From contig NW_026515685.1 in NCBI RefSeq assembly GCF_025526975.1, forward strand, positions 186,001 to 250,000: a stretch of DNA of 64,000 nucleotides. The letters are read 5' to 3'. The translations under genes were made by a program, and so were the position numbers. Within the stretch, counting starts at the first letter, position 1; the number at the start of each line of letters is the position of its first letter. Positions 12,167 through 23,731 of this stretch are shown here, in pieces. This DNA is from Fimicolochytrium jonesii (taxonomy: Eukaryota). Under the pieces are notes generated by a model, which was not told the DNA's origin, ran no database searches, and saw only the letters and a program-made list of their open reading frames with translations.

Positions 12167-13087
12167 CTTTTCTTTTTTTGTGAGGAAGTGAGGTGAGAGC
12201 CTATGTCTTAGTGGCAGCTGTAGATGGTGGTGAGTTTTGGGCCCTACAATCCTGCGGCGCCTTTTATATCCTTTCCCTGGGCACAGACAATTCCTTTCCC
12301 CCTTCTCCCCGTCGACCAGACCCATCTTTTACGTGGCCCATTTCCATGGGCAGCGGCAAGGTACCTCGATCGGTGTGGTCGTTGGTTACTACGCGACAAC
12401 TCCATATCAGCAGCCTCTCTAATTCACCACATGCCAATATGGAATTTGGAACTATACAACGGTAAAATCCGAAAAGGAAGGCAACCCGATTGTAGTCGGA
12501 CACGGAGGCGTTCCGCGACCATGCAGGGTGCTACGTGCTACCTCCTATATGGGACAACTTTTTGAACAATGGAGAGAAGGCGGTCGGCGGTGGGCAGAAT
12601 GGTCTGCATTGTGGCAAGAAAACGGAGAAGGAAGCATACAATTTGCATCTGGATATGGCCACGACACACCGGCCTATTTGCTTGCCAAGGTCTCCTCCTT
12701 TTCGCGTCGAGGCCTTCAGCCCCCAGCAGGTTTGCCACAAAGGCCAAGTCGCCACGTTTTGGTTCCAACTTTTTGCATGCAAGACGCGACGCGACGTTCT
12801 GATTACGCAAGCAAACGCGTGGGACAGGCCTCCTTGCTTCCTCCTTCCGCCTCCCTTCGCTCTCCTCACACGTAACCAACCCATCCCCCCTTTCTCTCTC
12901 CTCCCCTCGCTCCCTCCTTACCAGTATCCCTCCCTCTCTCGTTGTCCCCTCGTCCTCTCTCGTCTTTTCTGGACTGCAGCAGTGATTGTTGCGCCGCACA
13001 AATGGCGGATAGGATTGTAGGACACACGCGGCCAGACTCCACATCCTTAGAATTCCTCGTCAATACGCCCTTAGCAGAAGCAGCAAG

Positions 13088-13939
13088 ATGACAACCATTC
13101 TCGCACAGACCTACCACTCAACAATAGAAGCCTGCCTTTGGAACGGCACTACCAAGGCAGTCATAAAGCGCTGCAAAAATCAGAGCGACCCTCGCACACG
13201 GCGCCGCTTCCTCAGCGAAGTAGCCGCTCTTCGCCGGGTTGGGAACCATGGAAATATCACCCAGCTCTTGTCTTACGATCAGCACTACTTGACCCTCACC
13301 CTGCGGCACGAGCAGGGTCAAAGTCTCGACAAGTTCCTTGATTCTAGTCAAAGGTGTACAATACCACCATCCTCCGCTATCCTTGTCTGGAAACAGGTAA
13401 CCTCCGCGGTGTCGCATCTCCATTCTCTGAACCTGGTTCACGACGATATCAAACCCGACAACATCGTCTGGTCACCCGAGGACCATCACGCGGTGCTAAT
13501 CGATTTCGGTGCCGCGCTGGATCTCGATGTACTGCCCAAAGACTACTTCAACCCGTCGGGAACGCCGAGCTACGCACCGCCGGAATTCCTGTTGAAGAGG
13601 AAAGGACCTGAGGCCGATGTCTGGGAACTTGGGATTGTTATGCTTTTCGCTTTAAGGCTTGTACGTTTACCGGACGGGAACTGGCTCTTGCCGGCGGTGT
13701 GGGATGAAGGAGGGGATGTGGAAATGAGGAGGTGGTTAGCCAAAGTGGAGGAGTTGAGGAAGAAGTGTCTGTTGGATGCTAGCGGGACTGTTGGCAGAGA
13801 CACGAGCGGCGGCGGCGCTGACATTCCGCCTCTGACATATCCATTGCTTGCCAGGATGTTGGATGCGGATCCTGGTCAGCGAGTCAGTACTCCAGAGCTG
13901 CTCCGGGAACTTGAAGAAATCGCACACGGCATGAAATGA
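13088..13939 (+). CDS. Ser/Thr protein kinase (minimal, no clear Gly-rich loop)
   Basis: AVIK, alphaC Glu, HDDIKPDN, DFG, GTPSYAPPE, DVWELG. Confidence 0.85.
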   Translation: MTTILAQTYHSTIEACLWNGTTKAVIKRCKNQSDPRTRRRFLSEVAALRRVGNHGNITQLLSYDQHYLTLTLRHEQGQSLDKFLDSSQRCTIPPSSAILVWKQVTSAVSHLHSLNLVHDDIKPDNIVWSPEDHHAVLIDFGAALDLDVLPKDYFNPSGTPSYAPPEFLLKRKGPEADVWELGIVMLFALRLVRLPDGNWLLPAVWDEGGDVEMRRWLAKVEELRKKCLLDASGTVGRDTSGGGADIPPLTYPLLARMLDADPGQRVSTPELLRELEEIAHGMK

Positions 13940-14145
13940 TACCCTCGTATGGACATGGTATTATATCTCGCGTACAACTGAGAGTCCCACCAGCGGCGTT
14001 CCCGTCTTCCTCAGTGGTGCAACTTCATGTATATGTAACCTGGTCCGAATATGTTGATGCCATTCATTTATTTGGTACCCCGGTGTTTAAAAGTCTACGT
14101 ATTCGAAAGCACATACGCCCATGAACAAAAATATTCAACCATTCG

Positions 14146-15282
14146 TCACCGAATCATGAAAGATCGACGGACCGAAACACCGTCACTGTTCGTTTCCACT
14201 TGCAGACCGGAACTGGAGGTCGATAGCGTGGTTGTGCCAGGCAGGACTAGCTCTTGCAGGCTTGTTCCCGCTCGGAAAATGCCGTCCACAATGCCCGCAT
14301 CGATGACGCTGGCGACGCTCCTGTTGCGCAGACTCAACCGCGACAAACGCCCGAAGCCCGGTGTGTCCATCAGCGCTTTCAGAAGCCTGTGTTGCCTCAC
14401 GACCAGGCTTCTATGCGGCACGCGGTGTTGCTCCCAGAAATCTATCTCGGTAGACCGCGCTGTGAGGAAGAGCTCTTTCAGTTGCGGCAAGCATCGTTCT
14501 TGTAATGACCTGGGGGAAAGCATCAAAATCGGAGAAACGTCGAGAGTAGTGACCGCCGGGTGCCGCACCTCGACTTGCTGGAGGTCCGGCGGGGTCCATT
14601 CACCGCTGTATTTCAGCCGCAAGTGTCGCAGGCTAGAAAGCTTATGGAGGTCCGAAGCGAGCCAAGCTGAAGCCGAAATCGTCACGGGTGCCCCAAAGTC
14701 CCGTTCTTCCGACTGCCAGGAAGCAAGGTCTTCCGGAAATGCTATAGAGAGCTTTACCAGCGCCTGGAGATGGTGCGTCATGCTCTGCCACATCGGTTCT
14801 GTCAGGAACAAGCTTCTTCGCAATGAAAGAGTTTGCAGGGTGTTTGCCGCCGCGGGGAGGTACTCCTGCATGAACGCAACTTGCGCATCCCTACCAGGGG
14901 AGTAGTCGCCAAGGGACAGTGACCCGAGCCGAGACGCCAAAGGAATGAGGGCCGGCACGGTAAAGTTCTCCGAAGCAAAGTCGAAGTTATCCCAATCGAG
15001 CTGCAGTCGATCCAAATTGGAGCATGCACCTGCAAAGACTTCAACATCCTCAGGTGTGATGAGCAAATCGTCCTCTTCGTCGTTGAACCAGCCCAACATG
15101 ACTCCTGTGTTGCCGTTGCGCTCTCTAAGGGTGATGCTGCGGACACCCCGCACGGACTCTGGGCGGGAGCGGCATCGCGCGAGAAAGGCATCCAGGCGGT
15201 GACGGGCGGTGAACTGCCAGTCTGCTTGCTGTGAAGTGGTCTCTACGGGGTGGTCCAGAGGTGCTGCTTCCTCGGGATCCAT
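14146..15282 (-). CDS. Leucine-rich (RNI-like) repeat protein; gene boundaries uncertain
   Basis: Recurrent LxxLxL units (CSNLDRLQL, LQTLSL, LRHLRL, LPQLKELFL, LQELVL). Confidence 0.55.
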   Translation of the reverse strand: MDPEEAAPLDHPVETTSQQADWQFTARHRLDAFLARCRSRPESVRGVRSITLRERNGNTGVMLGWFNDEEDDLLITPEDVEVFAGACSNLDRLQLDWDNFDFASENFTVPALIPLASRLGSLSLGDYSPGRDAQVAFMQEYLPAAANTLQTLSLRRSLFLTEPMWQSMTHHLQALVKLSIAFPEDLASWQSEERDFGAPVTISASAWLASDLHKLSSLRHLRLKYSGEWTPPDLQQVEVRHPAVTTLDVSPILMLSPRSLQERCLPQLKELFLTARSTEIDFWEQHRVPHRSLVVRQHRLLKALMDTPGFGRLSRLSLRNRSVASVIDAGIVDGIFRAGTSLQELVLPGTTTLSTSSSGLQVETNSDGVSVRRSFMIR

Positions 15283-15663
15283 TGCTTGCGCTTGCTCCAG
15301 GCTTCATTGACGATGGCCACGGCCGCTTGCACTCTAGGAGTCAGCTTGGAGTCTTTGCTTTTTGTTGGGGTCGGCGCGCCTTGGGGGGAAGTTAGAACCA
15401 AGAGGGAGCACGCGTTACGTGAGCAGTCTCTGGCCACGCTTTCGACTTCCGACAGGTTGTGAAATCTCGCCCATTCCGTAGGAACTGTCAACGCCCGGTC
15501 GGACTCGCATAACTCAAACCAACAACCAACGGCCAATGCGGCAGAGTCATCACTTGCCAACGCTTCCGTGGAACTCGATAAGCGAGCAAATACATAAATA
15601 CACGTGTATATACATTCAGGTTGACGACCAGCGCCTCCTTTGGAAGTTTGTCTTCGACGCAGG

Positions 15664-18600
15664 TCAAGCAAGTCCCGCGACTACCCTCCGTAAGTCCGGG
15701 AGCATTCTATTATAGTCAGGGACTTTCCCATATCCCAGTTCTCCAACGGCCTTGACTTCCCACCGCGCCTCCGTTGCCCGTCTCCACAAGACGCACATTA
15801 TGATATTAGTCCGATCCCCCAACTCCTCAGGTGACGATTTGAAGTTGTACGAGCACAACTCCGTGGTCTCGGTCGTGCTTGTTTTGTTCCCCTCGACGAC
15901 AGGGGTTTCCAGGCGGACTGTGGGCGATTTGATGTCGGCGAGGGTGGAGCCTGCATAAGCTGACATGCAGAACACCAGCGCGCGAACGGTAGGGGGCAGC
16001 AGGCGGATGTTGACGGTGATGGTGTGGGTGCCGTGTCGGAGCCTATGGTCTACGATATCACCACTGTGTTTGATGGCGCCGGAGAGAGCAGTGGGCCTGC
16101 TGAAGTCAAGGTTCACAAGATGCTTTCCTAATGCGAGAATTAACATTAACGTTTTGGGGGGATCTTTGCAGGCCGTAGAGGAAAGAACTCCAGATGCCTA
16201 CCTTCAAAGTCGAAGGCCGAGCAGGTAGCATCGAGGAACCGCAAATCTTCCGCGTACCGCCATGTCTCCTTCATGAAAACCTTCCTTACGTCTGGGGGTG
16301 CACTATACGACTGCCCTTTGAGAAGGATCTTGGACACTCCTGATTTGTGAATCTTGGTGAAATCCATCCCCCGGGTGTGATACTTTTTGCGGAGGGAGTT
16401 GCGTATCGATTGGGACCATGCAGCGGTGAGTTGACCGGGCGAGGGGCACTGTTGTTGCATGATGGCGTAGTAGGCGGGCCATGTGGATACAGCGAGGATG
16501 TTTTTGGTGTGGCTCTGTAGGACGAACAGACTTAGCATGATGTACTCGCTCGAGTTCACGACCTAGTGTTTCCTCGATGTACCTGGAAAAGATCGACAAT
16601 CTTCTTGGGCGGCCTGCCGTAGAACTGGTCACTTGCATCCAAGAATCCGCTCGCCTTCGAGTCCGTGTCAAAGTAGCTCAAGAAGCAAACATGGAACATC
16701 ATCAGCCTCTTCGAGACGACCTGCGCGTCCCAGACCTTCTTCAGCAGCGCCATGTCGGGCTTGACGGAGCCCGACCCCTCCGTCGTCTCTGCGAGCTCCG
16801 GATACTTGTGACACACCCACAGTACCGCGCGGTCGGCCGACTCGGACAGAAATGCGTTGGCCACGCGCGGAGCTGCCCAGCGATGCCTGGATGAGAATGG
16901 AAGGACGGGGAGGAGGTTGCCGAGAGAAGGGGTGGCGCTCTTCATCCGAGCGGCTTCTGAATTGACAAACGCATCGATCCGGCTGTCTATTCGCTTCTGA
17001 AGGGACGGGTACCGTTCGATGAGGGCGGCCAGAAGGCGGTGAAGCAGGAAATAACCCTCAATGGCCCGGGCTGAAGCCGCGACGCCGTGATCGCAAAGCT
17101 GGACAATGAGCGTATTCATCATCTTGGGAAGGACGTCCAGTGCCATCGTCGCATCAAACACCCTGGTCCCGCGTTCCGGCGACATCTTGATGAGGAATGC
17201 TTGAATGTCCGGCAAGGCGCGCGTGAAGTGCTCGTGGGTAAGGTAGACGGGACACCACTCGGAGAAATCGGTGTTCCAAACGGATTTGCGGACCTTGTCT
17301 TCGTGGAATGCGCTCCGACTCAACATCTCGACTTCGCACGCGATGTAGTCGACGCATTTCGTTTTTGGATTGACGGTATAGGTTATTGGGAGACCCAGGA
17401 TGTCCTCTTCCCATGTCAGCTTGCTTGCGAAACATCTCATGCCGTCAGCAACACAGTTGACCTCCATTGCAAACGCGGATTTCCAGTCTGCCATCGTTGC
17501 GGCCGTGACGGATGCGTAGCGCGAACGCCCGGCGTATAGGGAAAACAAGTCCCGCCACACGCGCCCGTCCTCACAGACCAAATGCATGTGCCGGCATGTG
17601 GCGGAGAGGCTGAGCACATCGTTTCCCGTCAAACCGCATTGAGTCACGATGCGGAAGAGGAGCTCGTAAGGGAGCGTCGCGAACAGTCCTGCAGACAGCG
17701 GGTCTGAGGACGGGAAACAAACTGCGTGTTCCGCTTCTTGGTTTGCTAAAGATGTGACTGACGCAGGGCGGGCGGTGGACGGGGTGGAGACCACCAGCTG
17801 GCGAAGCTCAGTAAGCGACTGAGGGGGAGGTGCGATGGGGTCTGCCCTCTTCTTCTCCCTGATGACGAGGGTCCCCGGAGAGGCCTTGTGAATCTGCTTT
17901 GGTAATTGTGTTTTCTCCGCGGCGGCCGCTAGGACAGCCCACGAGCTAACGCCAGCATAAGTAGGCTTCGGCGCTTGAACACCCCGCGCTTTTGCAACAA
18001 ATCCGGTTCCACTGGCCTTGACCAAGGTCTTGGGGGACCCGTAGACCTTCTCCGCCATTCCGACACGCTTGGCACGACGAGACTGCACAACAGTCCATTC
18101 GTCCTCTTCCTGCTGATTTTCGGATGCCGGGGTGGAATGGGCAGAAGAAACAATTCGCGGACGACGAGAAACAGGTGCGCGGCGAACAACAAGCTTGGTG
18201 ACCTTGCTCATTTCCTCTTTCGTAGGGAAAGCTGGCCAGACCGCTCTCTTCCCATTTCCTTGACCGTGGCCGCAACGGGTGCATTCAAACATCCTCGCCG
18301 TCCGCACAGCATCACCTATTGTGCCGTGGTCGGTGGAATACATCAACGCAGTATCGAAAATGAACGCTTGCAGCTGCCTGAGGAGGCTGGCGACGGTGTA
18401 CGACCTGGACCAGCCTTCGTACGGATTGTTCTTGTTGACGTCGAGCATGTCAAGGCAAATTCTGTATCCTCCGAGGGACTGAACGACGTTGGCGTGCGGG
18501 ACCGGAGTGCAGAGGGTGACGCTAGGCGGGTCAAGGGGATACTGCTTGGGGAAGACAAGCACGAGGTGAAGGGTGAGGGACATGATGCCATCAGCGTCAC

Positions 18601-18778
18601 TGCCGTCGTCGGTCGAAACTACGGTGCTACGCAAGTTGACGTGCCATTCGTAGATGTTGTCTTCGAGTGGGGCGGCAGTGATGTTGGCGTCGACAGGAGA
18701 GGCGTTGATCTCGGCCAGATCGCGGAGCAGACGACGGGTGGCACTGGGGAGAGCAATTGCGTTGGTGGCAGACATCAC
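15664..18778 (-). CDS. E2/UBC + F-box + TerD-like fusion protein, exons 18778-16583, 16514-16202, 16127-15664 (~990 aa)
   Basis: UBC fold (RRLLRDL, EWHV, FPKQYPLDPP, HANV..RICLDML); F-box (LPYELLFRI..LSATCRHMHLVCEDGRVW); TerD-like end (LDATC, AIKHSGD, HTITVNIRLLP..LVFCMSAY). Two short in-frame GT-AG introns. Confidence 0.82.
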
Positions 18779-19587
18779 TGAACAGCGCCTGAGTGCTATA
18801 AGCTGGAGAAGCAGTAATGGGGGGCAGCGGATGAAATCCCGACTTGAATAGTAGAGAAGATGTCACACTGGAGCGACTGGAAGACCACGGTAGCGGGCGA
18901 CAGCCGGGGGGTCGGCCCGCGGCATGGTTTTATAAGCGACCCACTAATAATCTGCCTCAGTCTCTTCGACGAGCTATCTGGGCCAGGACGTCAGGAGTGC
19001 GAGGGGAAGCCGTGGAGAGTGGGGCAGGACGCATGGGGAAGCCGGATCGCACAGCTGTCGACTGCGCAGACGAACAGCGAGAGAGCGGGGAAGTGACAGA
19101 TCCACGCGTACTGTCGAAATCCGTCAGTTGGAAACGCCTTAACCCTCTATGGACTTTAATATAGACAATGGAATCCTTCTTTGCCGAGCTTCTGGCGGCG
19201 TTAATGTTAAATGGTACACAGTCAGCGATCCATCTCCGGGGCAGTTCCGTAGAATGCTAGGGGTTCGACTTCTCCAGGAGTTGACTTTTGCCGTGGTCGT
19301 ACCGTATTAGATCGTGCAGATGTGGGGCGGAGGGGGTCATTCTCTACCGGAGCGAACGACAGCAACGATGCCAACAGCGGTGAGGAGGTAACGTAGGTCG
19401 CTTGTATGCTGAATGGAATGCTTGCCAGATCCGGTATGCACACCAAGCCCAATGATGACCTGGGACACGGGTGCGGTGACGGGTGCGGTGCGGTGACGGG
19501 TAACTCCACCCACTGAAAAAGGAAGACTGGTTGACACTTGGAAAGGAGAACAAGCGGACACAAAACGCCTCCATTCTTCTATCCCTA

Positions 19588-19772
19588 AACTACACTCTCC
19601 AGTCCGCATCCCAGACTACTCCCTTCTACGCCAACTATGGTCTCCACCCCCGTTTCAGTCTTGCTGCCTCTGCTACCTCTGAATCCGTCAATCCGGCTGC
19701 CAAAGCTCGTGCTAAAGAAATCAAGGAAATCTATGGGCAGCTTGCCCTTGAGCTCAAGGAAGCCCGAGATCA
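19588..19772 (+). pseudogene. Ty3/Gypsy integrase fragment (A/B-like), in opposite orientation to the nest
   Basis: QSASQTTPFYANYGLHPRFSLAASATSESVNPAA matches the A and B integrases in this window. Confidence 0.8.
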
Positions 19773-19860
19773 AGAGGAGCATTACACCGAAGAGATTACT
19801 GTGATTGAAAAACCACAGCGGCTTGACGCTAGCTACCGGTGTCAACGATGCCAATCTTGA

Positions 19861-20764
19861 TTTTATAATCTCGACGACCTTGACGACGGAGACGGAAGCG
19901 AGGAAGAGAAGACAGAGCGAGAGCGATAGGAGGCAGGAGATTGTATTGGCAACACAAGGAACAAGAACTAAAACAGGAGTTGAAAAGAACTGGTGTTGAT
20001 CTGCTGGGGAATCAGGAGAGGGGAGATGAGGGGAGGCGGCTACTTCTGCTTTTCTGGGAAGACAGGGGGAAGCATGGGCAAGCAGGGGCATGAAAGAAGA
20101 GAGAAGGCAGGAGAAGCGCCGAGGGTGGGGAAGGTTTGTAAGCACCAAGTGTGGGCGGGTGAGGCTACATGCGGCTGTGTCCAGCTGCGTGGAGAACATA
20201 GGTGTGGAGGGGTGCGGCTGCATCCAGGTGTCAGGTTTGACAGGCAATTGACATTGACGGCTGTCAGCGTGCTGTCATGAAGTAAGCTTATGGTATGGAC
20301 GCGTCATCCATAACATCACCCCCTCCTTTTGCCGCGTCCTCCCGATGTTGTTTTGATGTTGGGTTTGGGAACCTGGGGGTTTGGTCGTGATTTGCTGGGG
20401 TACTTGTGGTGGAACTGCTGACAAGCTCTTGACATCGGACCAGGTGTTTCACTGGCTCCCATGTCTTCTCCAAGATTGGCTAACCCTGCCATTTGATAAG
20501 GTACCGGAGGCGGTGGCGCTGGATGCGGGAGTCCGGAACGTCTTCTACAATTCATTCCTCCTGGCCTTCGGCTTCTTCTGGTGGAGCTGACTCGGGTTCA
20601 TGGTGCTCGGGAATGGTGTAGCGGGTTTCGAGGAAGGTGAGATGGAAGACATCGTGGATTTTGTAGGTAGGCGGAAGTTTGAGACGGTAGGCAACTGGTT
20701 TGATTTTTTCGATGATTGTGAATGGCCCAATCTTACGGTTGTTGAGTTTTGGAGAGGGTGTGGC
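19861..20764 (-). mobile_element. Degenerate Ty3/Gypsy chromovirus 'F' (A/B-related): 3' LTR 19861-20315, PPT, chromodomain/integrase remnant; interrupted by element C
   Basis: LTR ends in ...gcgtcatccataaca like A and B; PPT aaaaggagggggtga; remnant KTWEPVKHL. Confidence 0.8.
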
Positions 20765-21279
20765 GTAACGTCAGGGGAAGCGTAGACGATATTGGGCCCT
20801 TCTGAGAGGGCTGAGAGCAGTGTATTGTAGTGAAGAAAAAAGTAAGAAGCTCTTCGCAGCGGCCGCTCGACTGACAGCTTTATATATGGGCTGCCAGTGG
20901 GGCTTGCGTGGCTTCAGTGAGGCTTGGCGCCTTATGTAATGTATCACAGAGAGCTCGGGTGGCCAGCCCGGGTCTCGGATCAAGTAGAAGTAAAGAGATA
21001 AAATATGAAATACAAGTGAATATGAGATATCCCCGACGCCTCCCTCAGATCCTGAGGAGGGCGCCAAATATATAAGAGGTGAACTACGAGGGATATGTGA
21101 AGAAAGGGAGAGCTCATGTTCATTTTAAAGTGTTGACACACTTGTTCATTTTATAGTGTTGACGCACTGTGTGATGTGTGTGTTTGAGGCAAAGGCGTCC
21201 CTAAGCCGACGTCATGTGTGATATGTGTGTGTAAGGTCGGTTCTTGCGTCGCCGCGCGTGTGATGTGATATGAGATGCT

Positions 21280-23731
21280 CTATGCTGTTTGTCTCCGTAT
21301 CCACAAAGATTGTGGGTGAGCTTTTTGCCATCGTTTGTAGGCAGGCGTGTAGCGAAGTGCGGATTCAGGTTCCCAAGTAGGGTCAGGATAACCGAGCCAT
21401 TTGACTAGAAGATTTCGTACGGCGGGTTGCTCGTCGATGATGTCTTCTACAACCCATTCGGGTTGTCCGCGTTCTTGGATTGGTGGAGGAGGTTGTGGAA
21501 CTGCACGTTGTGGGTATTGCTCTTCGTGATGTGGTCGTAAAATATCGACGTAAAAGATGGGCCAGATGCCGCTGATCTTCGATGGTGATAAATCAAGTTC
21601 GTAGGTATCAGGAAGTGCTCCCAGTGCGATGATTTTGAATGGTCCGATCCACGTAGCTGAGTATCGAAGTCCTCTTCGAGCGTCTCCTTCTAGGTTGATT
21701 CCTTGTCGATTCAGATCGACGAGGTCGCCAATTTTGTATGCGATTGGCGTTCGACCTTTGTCGTGTTGACGTGCGAGTTGATCTCGTGATCTCTGAAGGT
21801 TTTCGCGTACGATACGGGCGATGTCCTCCTGCCCTTTCTTGAAGAGTTCAATTTCGTTTCGATCTACAGCTTGAAGTTTGAGTTCTTGTCCTTCGAGTGT
21901 TGGATTCCAACCTGGGAGGATTGGAGAACGTCCGAGATCTACTTCGAATTGTGATAAACCTGCATATTCCTCCCTCGGAGCGGTGTTGTATGCGAATTCG
22001 ATTAAAGGCAATAGTTTCTTCCAATTGCTTTTGTCGTAGTTGAGATATTGCTTCCAAAGCCTTTCCAGGGTTTGGATGGCTCGCTCAACTTTGCCGTCGG
22101 TTTGCTGGTGACAAGCCGTAGTGAATTCGTGTTTTACGCTGAGGAGAATATCAAATGCGAGGAAGAAGTCGGAAAGTGCGCGAGGTTCGCGATCCGTAAC
22201 GAAGACTTTTGGCGTACCGACATGTTTCCAAACATGATCTAGAAAGACTTGGGCTAGTTTGCGTCCAGTAATTGTTTTCCTGATCGGTGTCAGAATCACA
22301 CGTCCGGAAAGGTAATCAGAGCAGACGAGACAAGAGTTTGTTTCATCTACTTTGAAAATGTCGAATCCGATTGTGTGCCATCTTCCAAAAGGTATAGGAA
22401 GAGGTTGAGAAATCCGTATCGACGATGACCAGGTTTGAATTGTCAACAGGATTTGCAAGTTCCAACGTATTTGATGACGTCGGAGCGTACGGTAGGCCAG
22501 TAATAGTCCGCAAGAATTCTCGCAAGAGTCTTCGTAACACCGAGATGTCCTCCGGTGGCGAGTTCGTCATGGAATTTCCGCAAAATCTTCGGGCGAATGT
22601 CTTCAGGAACGTATAGACGTCCTTCGTGTCGTACTAATCCATTTTCGAACGTATAACGGAGTTCTTTTGAAGTTTTCTCGTGTTGAGGCTTTCGAGAGAT
22701 TCCATTGAGATAATCCGAATATGGATCTTCGCATAGCGCTTTTTTCCATCCTTCTTCTGAGCAGGTAGGTGAGTTTTGTGGAACGTGTGTTGTGGCATTG
22801 GAGGAAGGTTCGTTGACAAGCATGTTGCTGATCTGCGTATGCATGTCGAGGCGTCGTTGACAATCTACACACCGAGGCGCATAGATTGGCTTGCGGGAGA
22901 GCATGTCGGCGATATGATTCCATTGTCCAGGTAAATACTGGATGTCGAAATCATACTCTTGTAGCTTCTCCACCCAATTGGCTTGTCTTCTGCTCAAATG
23001 GGGTTGCGTTTGGATGATTTCGAGTCCCTTGGCATCGCTAAAACATCGGAAGTAATGACCGATGAGATATGGTCGATTGGCGACCAACATCTTGACAAGA
23101 GCTAATAACTCCTGTTCGTGCGTAGGATATCGAGTTTCTGCATCCTTCATCTTTCTAGAAAAGAAGACCATAGGCCGGAGCCGAGGTCACTTCTTCCATT
23201 GTCCGACGAGAGTAGGCAGATTCGTAGGGATCGTTTCATCGCCAGATGGTTGTCCAATCCAGCCAGCGATAGCGTAGCCTGATGAGTCGGTATAGATGTA
23301 AATTGGCTTGGTTTCATCGATTGTTGCTAGCGTAGGCACATTGATCAACGCTTCTTTCAACTTTTGAAATGCCTCTTGATGCTCAGGACCCCATCGAAAT
23401 TTGACTTTTAAAGATTGAATACTTGATAGGGGCAGACCGATGTCCGAATAACCTTGTACGAAGTCGAGGAAATAGTTCGTGAACCCGAGAAAGCTTTGAA
23501 CTCCTTTTGTTGACTTTGGAGTAGCCCAATCCTTGATAGCTTGGATTTTCGAGGGCGCGATGCGAACTCCATGTCTTCCGACAATATGTCCACACCATTC
23601 GAGTTCTTCTTTAGCCCATACGCACTTTGAAGGCTTGATGAAAAGGGCATGTTCTTCAAGTTTTTTCAGGATACGATCGACGTGTCCCTGATGTTCGGCT
23701 AAGGTCTTCGAGAAAATGAAAATGTTGTCCA
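21280..23731 (-). pseudogene. Element C pol (RT C-terminus, RNase H, integrase, chromodomain), with frameshifts
   Basis: YTDSSGYAI, EQELLAL, GHLGVTKT..YYWP..C..C, QTDGKVER, EWVVEDII..LLVKWLGYPDPTWEP. Confidence 0.9.

Noticed and set aside
14051..14905. 284-aa plus-strand ORF
   Set aside because: Antisense shadow of the LRR-like gene.
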